Below, one piece after another: positions 20,883 through 31,952 of a stretch of DNA of 64,000 bases (its first letter is position 1; each line of letters begins with the position of its first letter). The DNA comes from a virus (taxonomy: Duplodnaviria; Caudoviricetes). The notes beneath the pieces were generated by a model. It saw only the letters and a list, made by a program, of their open reading frames with translations, did not search any database and was not told where the DNA came from. Location: IMG/VR virus record IMGVR_UViG_3300032007_001727. One strand, written 5' to 3'. The position numbers were made by a program, and so were the translations under genes.

Positions 20883-22169
20883 TTATTGTTCAACCTTTGT
20901 CCAATTATTTAACTGGGTAATCCAAACATCATAGCCACTGCTACCAATTGGAACGTAGAGGGTGCCTCCTGTCCTAACAATTTGGAAAGTAGAATTAGTT
21001 ATTGTTGGTGCAGTTGTTGCAAGTGATGTTATTGCTGATAAATTAGAACAATTAGTGAAAGCATTATTACCAATGCTTGTAACACTGTCCGGAATTGTTA
21101 TGCTTGGTAAACTTGTACAATAATAGAAAGCACTATTACCAATGCTTGTAACGGTGTTTGGAATTGTTATGCTTCTTAAACTTCTACAATCAATGAAAGC
21201 ACTATCACCAATGCTTGTAACACCACTGCCAATGGTACAAGTTGTCATAGCAGAACAACCATAGAAAGCACTACCACCAATACTTGTAACACTGTCCGGA
21301 ATTGTTATGTCTGATAAACTTTCACAATAAAAGAAAGTACTATCACCAATGGTCGTAACACTGTCCGGAATTGTTATGCTTGTTAAACTAGAACAACTAT
21401 GGAAAGCCCTATTACCAATACTTGTAACACCGCTGCCAAGGGTACAAGTTGTCATAGCAGAACAATTTTGGAAAGCATTACTACCAATGCTTGTAACACT
21501 GTCCGGAATTGTTATGCTTGTTAAACTATAACAATTAGTGAAAGCACTGTCACCAATGCTTGTAACACCGCTGCCAATGGTACAAGTTGTCATAGCAGAA
21601 CAATTTTGGAAGGTATAATCAGCAATGCTTGTAACACCACTGCCAATGGTGCAAGTTGTCATAGCAGAACAACCACTGAAAGCATAATTACCAATGCTTG
21701 TAACACTGTCCGGAATTGTTATGCTTGGTAAACTAGAACAATAAACGAAGGCATTATTACCAATGCTTGTGACAGTGTTTGGAATTGTTATGCTTGTTAA
21801 ACTTCTACAACCATTGAAAGCATACTCACCAATGCTTGTAACACCACTGCCAATGGTACAAGTTGTCATAGCAGAACAACCATAGAAAGCCCAATTACCA
21901 ATGCTTGTACAGAGTTCACCGATTTCAGCGCTGACACAAGTTGTACTGTAACCGCTTATCATTGCTCTTGTAAGTTCCCCACTGCCTTCAATTTCGACAA
22001 CTTCTCCGGTGCGAAGGGTTAACTTACAGAAAAATGGTGGTGGGGGGGGGGTAGGATTGTAATGGACATCACCCTCAGCAACACAAAGTGACACGTTTGG
22101 TTTTGGGTAGTCCGTGGCAACATACGCCGTATAGTCAGCATGTGTTGCAAATTCTTTAACGTACTTCAT
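20883..22169 (-). CDS. BspA-type LRR protein, copy 3 (longest); G10 tract in frame
   Basis: About 13 LRR_5 repeats; first ~43 aa identical to copy 1; G10 at 22042-22051. Confidence 0.92.
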   Translation of the reverse strand: MKYVKEFATHADYTAYVATDYPKPNVSLCVAEGDVHYNPTPPPPPFFCKLTLRTGEVVEIEGSGELTRAMISGYSTTCVSAEIGELCTSIGNWAFYGCSAMTTCTIGSGVTSIGEYAFNGCRSLTSITIPNTVTSIGNNAFVYCSSLPSITIPDSVTSIGNYAFSGCSAMTTCTIGSGVTSIADYTFQNCSAMTTCTIGSGVTSIGDSAFTNCYSLTSITIPDSVTSIGSNAFQNCSAMTTCTLGSGVTSIGNRAFHSCSSLTSITIPDSVTTIGDSTFFYCESLSDITIPDSVTSIGGSAFYGCSAMTTCTIGSGVTSIGDSAFIDCRSLRSITIPNTVTSIGNSAFYYCTSLPSITIPDSVTSIGNNAFTNCSNLSAITSLATTAPTITNSTFQIVRTGGTLYVPIGSSGYDVWITQLNNWTKVEQ

Positions 22170-22272
22170 AATATTATTTTTTAAAGTTTTAAATTAAGTT
22201 ATTTATTTCTTGTTATAAATATCTTGTTATTTTCATATTTTTTATATATCTTTGCAAAAAACCATACAAATT

Positions 22273-22953
22273 ATGAAAATTTGCGCATTCTCAGATATGC
22301 ACGGTCAGTTGGATTTTACAGTGGAGCCGTGTGACATCGCTCTGATATGTGGCGATGTCGTGCCGTTGTACATACAAATGTATAATAAGGAAAGTGAACA
22401 ATGGTTTAAGGAAACGTTCATTCCTTGGTGCCTAAATCTTCCATGTGAAAAGGTTGTCTTCATTGGTGGAAACCATGATTTTATTTTGGAAAGGCAACCG
22501 AATAAAATAAGAAAATTATTGGAAGGACAAGATAAGGTCGTATATTTGGACTGTGAGGCGTTTGAATATAACGGCAAAATAATATTCGGTACACCGGTAT
22601 GCAAGCCATTCGGTTCATGGGCCTTTATGGAACCATATGAAAAACAAGACTCTAGATATGAGTCTTGCATAAATGATATTGGACACGTTGATATTATAAT
22701 GTCCCACGATGCACCATACGGAATAAGTGACATACTCTTGCAAAAAGATTGTCCTTGGGCTGACGGTACACACATTGGAAATCATTCCCTAAGAAAACTA
22801 TTAGACAATGTGAAACCAGAAATACATGTGTTTGGTCATTTGCATTCATGCAACCATGACGTGGTAAAGCATAATGACACTTTGGTTTCATGCGTTTCAA
22901 TGCTAAATGAAAACTATATGATGGTGTACAAACCGCTTTATATTGAGATTTAA
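22273..22953 (+). CDS. Calcineurin-like metallophosphoesterase
   Basis: SDMHG, CGD, GNHD, SHD, GHLH. Confidence 0.9.
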   Translation: MKICAFSDMHGQLDFTVEPCDIALICGDVVPLYIQMYNKESEQWFKETFIPWCLNLPCEKVVFIGGNHDFILERQPNKIRKLLEGQDKVVYLDCEAFEYNGKIIFGTPVCKPFGSWAFMEPYEKQDSRYESCINDIGHVDIIMSHDAPYGISDILLQKDCPWADGTHIGNHSLRKLLDNVKPEIHVFGHLHSCNHDVVKHNDTLVSCVSMLNENYMMVYKPLYIEI

Positions 22954-23008
22954 CAAACTTTAACCTAAATAATTTTGAATTTTAAACGAAAAATAATATA
23001 TTTGCATT

Positions 23009-23707
23009 ATGGATAGTGAAAATATTGTTAAGATAACGGTAAAATGTTTTTTGAAGGTGATTAAGTACAAAGGATTTTATCCAATATTCAGATGTTTTGT
23101 CGGGCATGAAGCACAAAACTGTGGGTTTAATTATTCACGTCGCTGTTCATTCCCGATGTTAGAGTGTCTAGAGCCATATGTCACCATGGCAACTATGTAT
23201 GCGCATAAAAATATGTTCTATTATGCACATAGTGCTGATGAAATTGGGGTTATAATAATTAAGACATTGCCGAAGTATGCAATGTTCTTTAATGATGAAG
23301 CCACCAATGAGGGCATAGAAAAAACCGTTTCCTATATTGTGAACACTCTCTTGATGAACACGATTCAACTCTCAACAACTAACCACAAGTCAATGGAACA
23401 AATCGGGAGGGAGGCTTATAACCTTTCTTGTAAACTAATAATAGGTGACTCCTTTGTTGAAGAGACGGAAGAAGATACTGCAAAATCCATAAAAGAGTTT
23501 AACCAACTATTGAAGAATTCTTTAGGTGATATTTTACACATAAGTGATTCGCATGATTTTTCCAAATTTTATGCGGATATTCTCCGGGATAGGGTGCAAA
23601 TGTTTCAACAAGGGCAAAATTTTGCTACATACTATCCTCTTGATGCAAATGGATTTGCCGCAAGTGCATACCAATGGACTACTACTAGTGGTGATGATTT
23701 ATATTAA
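23009..23707 (+). CDS. Hypothetical protein
   Basis: 232-aa ORF after a promoter. Confidence 0.65.
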   Translation: MDSENIVKITVKCFLKVIKYKGFYPIFRCFVGHEAQNCGFNYSRRCSFPMLECLEPYVTMATMYAHKNMFYYAHSADEIGVIIIKTLPKYAMFFNDEATNEGIEKTVSYIVNTLLMNTIQLSTTNHKSMEQIGREAYNLSCKLIIGDSFVEETEEDTAKSIKEFNQLLKNSLGDILHISDSHDFSKFYADILRDRVQMFQQGQNFATYYPLDANGFAASAYQWTTTSGDDLY

Positions 23708-23734
23708 AAGAAAAAAAAATTAAAACTATAGACT

Positions 23735-24274
23735 ATGGAAACTTGTCATCTTTGTAAAGAGTTAATTAAAAATTATATCGGTGACGAAAGAGTATTCTTT
23801 GACGCTTGCTGTGCTAGGTCATTGGTTATTAAAGGAACATTCACAAAACCTAGGCTGATTACCGCAAACGCTTCCCCCATGAGCACCCTTACAACACCGA
23901 ATTGGTGCCCGAAAATGAGGGGTGTGCTCCGGGAGAGTTTTGTGGAGACAACCGAAAACAAACTGCTTCCGCCGCCTCCAACAACTAGTCAAGCATCAAG
24001 CGAAGTTCCGTTCAAGAACTTGTCATATTACGAGAAGATGAAGAGACTCTCCGAACTGCCTAAGCATATGACTTGGGATGAAATAAAGGTTGGGAACACA
24101 TACGTGATTCCAAAGATATTAACAAAGAAGATGAAAATAGTGAAGGTGGTTGAAAAGACCGCAGCGATGATTCGTTGCAGTGAAATAGAAGACGGAAAAG
24201 AGAGCCTATACATGACAACCATATACCCAAATGATGTTGAGGCAGTGTTTATTGTTAACTTTTTAACCTTTTAA
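23735..24274 (+). CDS. Hypothetical protein; C-terminal domain related to 24278..24526
   Basis: WDEIKVGNTYVIP versus WEDVKVKTLYHIP. Confidence 0.65.
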   Translation: METCHLCKELIKNYIGDERVFFDACCARSLVIKGTFTKPRLITANASPMSTLTTPNWCPKMRGVLRESFVETTENKLLPPPPTTSQASSEVPFKNLSYYEKMKRLSELPKHMTWDEIKVGNTYVIPKILTKKMKIVKVVEKTAAMIRCSEIEDGKESLYMTTIYPNDVEAVFIVNFLTF

Positions 24275-24277
24275 CTT

Positions 24278-24526
24278 ATGGTAACTACTATTGAAGAATT
24301 AAAGGAGGCATTGGCCGGTGTTCCTAGTTCGACTCCGTGGGAAGATGTCAAGGTCAAGACGTTATACCACATCCCGACTCTGTTGAATCTTAGTCGGCGT
24401 GATATCATTATACTTAAAAAAGATGATGAGAAGGCAACCTACCGGAAGATAGGAGACACGGAAGAGAGGGTGATGAACAGATACTCCCTATTTGCCAAGG
24501 TTATGGTTAAAAAGAGAGTGTTTTAA
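24278..24526 (+). CDS. Hypothetical protein
   Basis: Paralogous domain to the upstream gene. Confidence 0.65.
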   Translation: MVTTIEELKEALAGVPSSTPWEDVKVKTLYHIPTLLNLSRRDIIILKKDDEKATYRKIGDTEERVMNRYSLFAKVMVKKRVF

Positions 24527-24594
24527 CCTATTTTAACTTAAAATGTTTGTGTTTTCAAAATAAAATTTGTATTTTTGCAAAAAATCAGAAAACA

Positions 24595-25026
24595 ATGCTA
24601 TATTCCTTTTTCAGAATCATATTTGGGATTGCCGACTGTTTCGCTGTTTGCTATATGTTTACAAATGGTGATTATGAATACGCTTTCTTCCTAATCACCA
24701 TATTACTATGGTGCGCCTACTCCTTTTTTAGGGAGGATGATAATGAATATCTGATTAGGGAAGGTATCGACCCGGAAGAGATTTCTTGGTATTTCCCGCA
24801 GATGACATACGAGGAAGCCATTAGGAATAGAAGCAAGCAAAACTACATTGCGTCCGATGGTAATATTAACTACACGCAAAATAATAGGTATTACAGTAAA
24901 CGTAAGACGAATACGGCCACCACTACTACCACTAGCGACCCTAACGCATCTAACAAGTTAAAGAATAAGGTTAGCATAAAGATAACCGTTGCAAAAGACG
25001 GAGAAAAAAATGTTGAAAAATTATAA
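24595..25026 (+). CDS. Hypothetical membrane protein
   Basis: Two N-terminal hydrophobic helices. Confidence 0.6.
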   Translation: MLYSFFRIIFGIADCFAVCYMFTNGDYEYAFFLITILLWCAYSFFREDDNEYLIREGIDPEEISWYFPQMTYEEAIRNRSKQNYIASDGNINYTQNNRYYSKRKTNTATTTTTSDPNASNKLKNKVSIKITVAKDGEKNVEKL

Positions 25027-25041
25027 AATAAAAATATCGAT

Positions 25042-25374
25042 ATGGACACAAAGACAGAAAGCAAGGTTGAGGTATTGACTTGCGCGAGCACCGCAGACGG
25101 TGAAATTAAAATGGAAGCACCATTGTTCATACTTTTTGCCGAATATTTTGGCTATGTCAGTATGTTCAATAAGGTTGCGGAAGATTGGTGTGTCGGAGCA
25201 AATGTTCCGGAATTGCATGTGCAGAAACTGATTATAGTGGAAGCAAAGAGCATATTGCGCCAAATGCTCAAGGATTATTCCGTGGAGGATATACGGGATA
25301 TATATAACCAATATTATCCGTTGGTGCTTGAAGAATATGCCGAATCATTGGCCGAACTCACCAAAAAGAAGTAA
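25042..25374 (+). CDS. Hypothetical protein
   Basis: ORF in operon. Confidence 0.6.
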   Translation: MDTKTESKVEVLTCASTADGEIKMEAPLFILFAEYFGYVSMFNKVAEDWCVGANVPELHVQKLIIVEAKSILRQMLKDYSVEDIRDIYNQYYPLVLEEYAESLAELTKKK

Positions 25375-25378
25375 CGCT

Positions 25379-25636
25379 ATGGCACAGAAGTGGTACGAAA
25401 AACCAATATATAGAAGCAATTTCTCCATCAGAATAGGGAAAGACGGTAAGATATACATCAGACATTCAGAGTGGGACAAGAATATCTATATAGGGCCATA
25501 CGACACCATGATTGATGCCAATAACGTTATGGATGAATATGTCAAGGCATCCAAGATTGGTCCGCTTGACAGACACTGCAATGAATATGCCGTCAGCAGC
25601 GTTCACGTGGAAAACGACAAACTATTCTTCATTTAA
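25379..25636 (+). CDS. Hypothetical protein
   Basis: ORF in operon. Confidence 0.6.
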   Translation: MAQKWYEKPIYRSNFSIRIGKDGKIYIRHSEWDKNIYIGPYDTMIDANNVMDEYVKASKIGPLDRHCNEYAVSSVHVENDKLFFI

Positions 25637-25646
25637 AAATAAAAAT

Positions 25647-25991
25647 ATGGGAGAACAAGTAATAATATTCATTTCATCACTTGCCGGATATTTTTCAATT
25701 GCCATAGTTGTGTTTGTTTTCCTTAAGACACGCAACCCAATTGTAGAATTCGCAAATTATCAAAAAAATGAATTCGGGATTGTTGACACTTCCCTAACGG
25801 ATTATTTGGGCAATATCTATGTAAATAAAAATAATACCTATATGAACATAGTCAAGTGTCTGAGCCTCTTGTGGATATTGACAATACCATTCTACCTTGG
25901 CGGACTGTTTGGCATATTCTTCTATAGACATATCGTCACCCGTGGGAACAAAGAGAAATTAATATCATCTTATTTTACTGAGAAATTTTAA
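25647..25991 (+). CDS. Hypothetical membrane protein
   Basis: Two hydrophobic segments. Confidence 0.6.
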   Translation: MGEQVIIFISSLAGYFSIAIVVFVFLKTRNPIVEFANYQKNEFGIVDTSLTDYLGNIYVNKNNTYMNIVKCLSLLWILTIPFYLGGLFGIFFYRHIVTRGNKEKLISSYFTEKF

Positions 25992-25999
25992 AAATAGTT

Positions 26000-26581
26000 A
26001 TGGAAAAAAGGACATTTCAAAAGGGGGATTTTATTAAATACCGTGCATATAACGATACCACGGATAAAATCACCTTTGGTATCTTTGAGGGCAACGACTT
26101 GGCACCACAGTACCAATATACAAAAAAACTATCCTTGGTATTGTATTACGATTCAAAGAAATACAGTCAAGACAAGGCAGGACAGTGGGGCTACCGTCCT
26201 TCTCTTGAAATTGCCAAGGACGGTAATGAATGTGAAAAGACGATTGACACAACAATAGAGGATTCATGGTGGTCCATATGCACGGAAGAGGAAAAGGAGT
26301 TTGCCTTGCAAATCCTAAGCGCAAACGGATACATATGGGACGAGGCAACAATGACCCTCTTCGACAAAGATACAAATGAAGTTGTCCATAAGATAGTTGT
26401 TCCAAAGAACGAATATAACGGCAATATCATAAAGCCGATTTCAGATTGGTTCATGGATAAACTGAGAAAGTTTGTTATCTCAAAGAACGCCTTTGGGTCC
26501 TATGCCGGAACCCCCAACTACGGTGGCGGATACCATCCGCAATACGGATATTACAATGAGTGGGATTCCGCTTATGATTAA
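26000..26581 (+). CDS. Hypothetical protein
   Basis: 193-aa ORF followed by a hairpin at about 26608-26655. Confidence 0.7.
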   Translation: MEKRTFQKGDFIKYRAYNDTTDKITFGIFEGNDLAPQYQYTKKLSLVLYYDSKKYSQDKAGQWGYRPSLEIAKDGNECEKTIDTTIEDSWWSICTEEEKEFALQILSANGYIWDEATMTLFDKDTNEVVHKIVVPKNEYNGNIIKPISDWFMDKLRKFVISKNAFGSYAGTPNYGGGYHPQYGYYNEWDSAYD

Positions 26582-26896
26582 AAAGAAAGTAAATGTTGTT
26601 AGTTTTTGCCGTTGTTGTTAACTTCAGATTGCCTCTTGTTAACATACAACGGCTTTTTGTTTAAAAAAGGTTAAGAAATTTGTTTTTCCCAATTTTTTTA
26701 TATACTTTTGCACAAAAAGCAAAGAAAATGGCATCAAAATCAGTATTAATCAAGGCAATAGAGATATTGGAAAAAGCCAATAACACGCTTAACCGCACTC
26801 TGCTTTCAACCGATAGCAGCAGTGAAAGGGAACGCATTTCCAAGGAAATCACCAAAAACGAATCAATGATTTTAGATTATAAATTTAGGATTAACC

Positions 26897-27733
26897 ATGA
26901 ATAATAAATTGCGCGAAGAGAGAATTGCACTCTTCAATGAGACGGTGGATACCGCCGAAAGAGGTTCATACCTCATCAACGGGAACGAAGTTGTCATCAA
27001 CGAACTTGATGACTACATGACCAACAAGACAGTCTTCTACAAGAAGAAGGTTGATATGGACCATAGCACACTCCCGAGATTCGAAACGGTCATAAAGGTT
27101 ATGAACAATGATTCCCTATACGAGGGAAAGAATCTGTTGGACGATGGCCTAAAGGTTGCAGTGCTCAATATGGCAAGTTACGTTATGCCCGGCGGAGGCG
27201 TAAGGAAGGGTTCACACGCCCAAGAGGAAGAAATATTCCTCAGAACAAACCTATACAAATCCCTCTACGCATTCCATGACATAGCGGGTGAATACAACGT
27301 GGAGAGAAACCCAAAATACTCATACCCGTTGGACTTCAGATACGGCGGAATCTACACCCCGAAGGTGACAGTCTTCCGTGGAGGCCAAGACACCAACTAT
27401 TCGTTCTTGGAAGAACCCTACACCCTTGATATTATCTCTGTCTCTGCCGTAAGGAACAAGGAGGGCATGGAGACCTCAAAGAAAACCAACGACATCACTA
27501 GGACAAAGGTAAAGCAAATGCTTGACATTGCCTTGGAAAACGGCAACGATGCCTTGGTATTGGGTGCCTTCGGCTGTGGTGCATACCACAACGACCCCAC
27601 CACGGTTTCCAAGATATTTGCGGATGTATTGGTGTCTGAGGAATATTCAAACCTCTTCAAGAAGATACACTTCGCAATCTTGGACGGTCCAAAGACCAAC
27701 AATTACAACATCTTCAAGACAATATTCGGATAA
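26897..27733 (+). CDS. TIGR02452/DUF2263 bacterial PARG-like macrodomain
   Basis: VLNMAS...PGGG...G..AQEE catalytic loop, LVLGAFGCGAY.N. Confidence 0.88.
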   Translation: MNNKLREERIALFNETVDTAERGSYLINGNEVVINELDDYMTNKTVFYKKKVDMDHSTLPRFETVIKVMNNDSLYEGKNLLDDGLKVAVLNMASYVMPGGGVRKGSHAQEEEIFLRTNLYKSLYAFHDIAGEYNVERNPKYSYPLDFRYGGIYTPKVTVFRGGQDTNYSFLEEPYTLDIISVSAVRNKEGMETSKKTNDITRTKVKQMLDIALENGNDALVLGAFGCGAYHNDPTTVSKIFADVLVSEEYSNLFKKIHFAILDGPKTNNYNIFKTIFG

Positions 27734-27752
27734 ATAATAATAGAATAACGAT

Positions 27753-28268
27753 ATGGATACAAACACAAAGGAATATTCATCTTCAATATTGAAGAAGATA
27801 GACGATAGCATGTCATCGCTGATGGCACTTCTTGCACACGGAGAGAACAACACAGAGGCAAGGAGCCGTCTCGACACGTTGAAGTTAATCAAGTCTGAAT
27901 TGGTCAGAGAAAACGGCAAGTTGCACTCAAACGTGCAATACAAGATGTTGCCCCAAGAGTAACTTAAGTTGCTCTCGACCATGAAGAAATCCCATGAGGA
28001 AACCATAGAGGGCTACATGAAGGTGAACAACACCCAATCCGCAGAATCTGAGAGGGCGGAACTCTCCATCATCATGGAATACCTCCCCAAGATGCCTTCC
28101 AAGGAGGAAACGGAATCATTCATAAGGGAGATAATCTCCCTACACCTTGCAGAGAACGGCACAATATCCATAAAGGACATGGGAAGGATTCTCCCCAAGG
28201 TCAAGGAGAAGTACCCCTTGGTTGACGGAAAACTAGTCAAGGACATTATCTTGTCTCACCAACAGTAG
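27753..28268 (+). pseudogene. GatB/YqeY-domain protein interrupted by one in-frame TAA (27960-27962)
   Basis: The two ORFs share a frame (..PQE*LKLL..). YqeY motifs LKLIKSEL, AELSIIMEYLPK, KDMGRI, VDGKLV. Confidence 0.75.
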
Positions 28269-28276
28269 CGCAAAAA

Positions 28277-29951
28277 ATGAATAGGCCCAAATATGTATTC
28301 AAGTCACTTGGAGGGAACGATTCGGACAACTCCATAGATGATTATATTTTTTTCTGCGAGCCTCACATTTCCGGCCGCAACAACGAAGGCTATATAACAA
28401 GACACTGTGCGTCAATAAGAAAAATAAACGGCAATGGAATGGCCTCGTTAGCAAACTTAGGTAACGAGAAACTGTTCAGAAAGGATAAGGTTGAAATATT
28501 CAACTTCAAGAGATATATCCGGACAAACATGTCTCTCATGGCCACCGGAAGGATATATAACAAGAACAAATTCCGTCACGAGTTAAACAAGGTGATTAAA
28601 TGAATGGACGCAAATATATACTCAAGTCACTTGGGGGACATGATTCGGACAACTCCATAGATGATTATATCTTTTTCTGTGAGCCTCGCATTTCCGGCTG
28701 CAACAACGAGGGTTATGTGACAAAATACTTTGTGTCGGTAACCAAAATGAATGCCAAGGGAATTTCTTATGTGAGAAATGAAGGCGACGAGATACTGTTC
28801 AAGAGTGACTTGGTGGAAAACTTTACCTTCAAGAGATATATCCGGACAAACATGTCCCTTATGGCTACCGGAAAAATATATAATAAGAACAGATACCGTC
28901 ATGAATTAAATAATAAAACATAATCAGATGAAGAGGCCCAAATACATGCTCAAGTTAATTGTTGCCGAAAAAAGTTTAAACGGTTCAATTTATGACTGTA
29001 TTTTTTTCTGTGACCCCAAAGTCTCGGGTTATAAGCACGAAGGACACATGACAAGGTACTTTGCACAAATAAAGAACTTGTCCTTCTTTGGAGGAGTGGC
29101 AATAAATGATAAGGAAGGACTCTTAAATGAAGAGTTTGTGGAGAATTTTACCTTTAAGAAATACATGCAAATAAATATGGTGCTCATGTCCTCCGGAAAG
29201 ATTTATAATAAGAACATGTACCGTTACCAATTAAGCCGTGGGCGGTCAAAATAAAAAAAAATAAAATGAAAAGACCCAAATATATGCTAAAGTCACTCAG
29301 TGGCGCAGATAATGACATTTCAAAAACTGATTGTATTTTCTTCTGTGACCCCAAAGTCTCGGGTTTTAACAACGAGGGTTATGTGACAAAAGCATTCGTG
29401 ACGATAACCAAAACGAACATAGGCGGTAAATCAATAGCCAATTATAATTTCTTCGGTGATGAAAAACTATACAAACAAGATTTTGTTGAGAGTTTTACCT
29501 TCAAGAAATACATGAGAATAAACATGACCCTCATGTTCGCCGGAAAGATATATAACAAGAACAGATACCGTTATGAATTAAATAAATAAGACGTAACTAG
29601 TATAATGAACTGTTAATCATGCTTCAATTAATTGAAATATCTACACGTGGACGTATATACGAGGGAGCAAAATTTGTTGCCTTGTGCAGCAATGAAACAT
29701 TCAAGATTCTTAAAGAGAAACAAGAAGGCAAACACCTTGGAAAAAAGGTTTATGCCCCATATTTCATATGGGTTAACAAACAATCTCCGGACACATTTGG
29801 AGACATAACAACCCACGAGGAACTAGGCCCATATGACGTTCCTAGTAAAATCACGTTAAAGACTTACATGTGCCTCAATGAAATTCTAATGGAAAAGAAC
29901 AAGGTTTTCAACAAAAATAAACATAAGAGAGAATGTCAAACAATAGAGTAG
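28277..29951 (+). CDS. Five tandem ~108-aa paralogues (28277-28603, 28600-28923, 28928-29254, 29266-29589, diverged 29619-29951)
   Basis: Shared RPKY.LKSL, IFFC(E/D)P..SG, F.FK.Y...NM.LM..GKIYNKN..R.EL. Confidence 0.85.
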
Positions 29952-30125
29952 CAAAGACCTATGAAGAAGGCATAGAAGAGGCCATTTCATATGTCAAGAG
30001 AATGATTGTCAAGAGCGACGCGCTCTTCACCACACCAAGGGAAGCCTTGGAGAATGTCAAGGTTTTCCTAGAGAACCGTTTCAAGCGTTTTATATAGAAA
30101 AAGAAAAAAAAGAAAATAAGAACAA

Positions 30126-30659
30126 ATGAAAGAGGATATAACCATCTTTAAGTTTTTCAACTCCATAAGTGATTTCACAAAGGAGTTTGTCACAAGCCTT
30201 GAGTGTTCTCCCATAAAGGTCAAGGGTGACTTGCACGTCTTGGGCATAAGAAGACACTACAAGAACGGCATACCTTCCATAGACTTCCACCTAAAGCACT
30301 TGAAGGAGAGAAGTGACGGAAAGATTTCAAACATACCGTGTGAGGACAACGGAGAGATATGGATAGACAGCACGCTCTTCCAAGAGTCCACCTCAAGGGA
30401 CGTAGTCTCCAAGATTGTATCTTGGTATGAGTCCCTAAGTGAGTTCGACTTGGCCAAAATGGCATATAAGCCCTCTCACGAGCCTTCAAATTGCGCAAAC
30501 AAGGAAGAGGTCACCATATATGAAAACAACCACGCAGCATGCGAGGGAATGCGGAAAAAACGCCTTGCCTCAACATCCTTCAGAGCGGAGATAAGGCACT
30601 TTGAAAAAAACGGCAAACAAGAAAAGAAATACACGGACGAGGAACTTGCCGAACTGTAA
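30126..30659 (+). CDS. Hypothetical protein
   Basis: ORF with A-rich leader. Confidence 0.65.
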   Translation: MKEDITIFKFFNSISDFTKEFVTSLECSPIKVKGDLHVLGIRRHYKNGIPSIDFHLKHLKERSDGKISNIPCEDNGEIWIDSTLFQESTSRDVVSKIVSWYESLSEFDLAKMAYKPSHEPSNCANKEEVTIYENNHAACEGMRKKRLASTSFRAEIRHFEKNGKQEKKYTDEELAEL

Positions 30660-30687
30660 CACGCACACATAATGACAATAACCCATA

Positions 30688-31191
30688 ATGATGAACAAAA
30701 CCCTTCACTTGGACGAGATATTGGAAAGGCTCAGACTTGAGAGTTGTTCCATGTTGCGTTTCTCACCGAATTTGGATGAGTTCTTGGAATTCTTGAAACA
30801 CGATTTCTACATCTTGGACTTGCACAACTTTCCGAAAAATGCTTGCGTGAGTTTCATATACGTGCCCATGCCAAGGTCAACCGTTGAAATTTCCTTCTCT
30901 AGCACCGGAAGCAACATCTTGACGGTCAATACCAATGATGATGTAATATGTTCGTTCTCAACACCTCTCATGAATTTCTCAAAGGCAAGGTACGATAAGA
31001 GGGTCTTCCGTTTCATAGTACCCTTCTTCGGCTCCTTCCGCGTAGTATATTTCTCGGACGATGACAAGGCACTCGTTGACATCTTGAGGACATACTCCAT
31101 CTTGGAGAGGCTAGGGCCGAAGACCCCCGACAATATTTTCCACACCTTCGGAACAATTTACAGAGGAATCTGCAACAAGATAAAAGAATGA
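30688..31191 (+). CDS. Hypothetical protein
   Basis: ORF in operon. Confidence 0.6.
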   Translation: MMNKTLHLDEILERLRLESCSMLRFSPNLDEFLEFLKHDFYILDLHNFPKNACVSFIYVPMPRSTVEISFSSTGSNILTVNTNDDVICSFSTPLMNFSKARYDKRVFRFIVPFFGSFRVVYFSDDDKALVDILRTYSILERLGPKTPDNIFHTFGTIYRGICNKIKE

Positions 31192-31952
31192 TGGAAAGAC
31201 TAACATACCAAACCCCCTTGGGTTCAAGACTCTTGAGCAACGTAAGAGAACACGACACCATTGCGGGACAGATAAAAGAACAAGACCAAGTGTACGAACT
31301 CTTGCGTTCCGTCTTCACGGACAAGGACACCGCAGAGTTGGTGAAGAAGAGGGTGGATGCAAACACCAACACGGCTTCTTTGTCCCTACGCTTTTACGGC
31401 CAAGACCAAGTAATGAGGAGGATACCGAGAACGGTTCACCTCATGTTGGAGAACTATCTCTTCATCCTCAAGGTCACGTACATGAACTACGGAAAAGAGA
31501 CGTACCAAGCAAGCATAAACCTTTTTACGCTCAAGCCACACGACGTTCTCACCGTCAACTACCACGTCTGTCCGCTTACGCTTGACACGGCCCCATACGC
31601 TTATCCCACCAAGTTGGCCGCACTAGATTTTTACGAACGCACAAGCAAGTGGACGGTCAACGTGGACAAGATGGTTCGGTGCGGCGACGCTTCAAACTCT
31701 CTCAAGATGTTGAGATATTCCGGCCCCGCCACTTCCGTTTCCTTCCTCTCCACGGACAAGCGGTTCATAGTTAGGAAGGCAAAGGAACTGCTTGCACTCT
31801 CCTCTCTCACGTCACCGGTCATCTTCAATCTTTTAAAGTTAAAGTTGGACAACTTGAAGGAACTTGAACCAAAATATTATTATTTAAGGGAGACCTATGG
31901 CACTAAAAATGCTGCAAGCCAAGACCTTCCCACGTTTCTGTGCAGCACTTGA
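31188..31952 (+). CDS. Hypothetical protein
   Basis: ORF overlapping the previous stop (ATGA). Confidence 0.6.
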   Translation: MMERLTYQTPLGSRLLSNVREHDTIAGQIKEQDQVYELLRSVFTDKDTAELVKKRVDANTNTASLSLRFYGQDQVMRRIPRTVHLMLENYLFILKVTYMNYGKETYQASINLFTLKPHDVLTVNYHVCPLTLDTAPYAYPTKLAALDFYERTSKWTVNVDKMVRCGDASNSLKMLRYSGPATSVSFLSTDKRFIVRKAKELLALSSLTSPVIFNLLKLKLDNLKELEPKYYYLRETYGTKNAASQDLPTFLCST

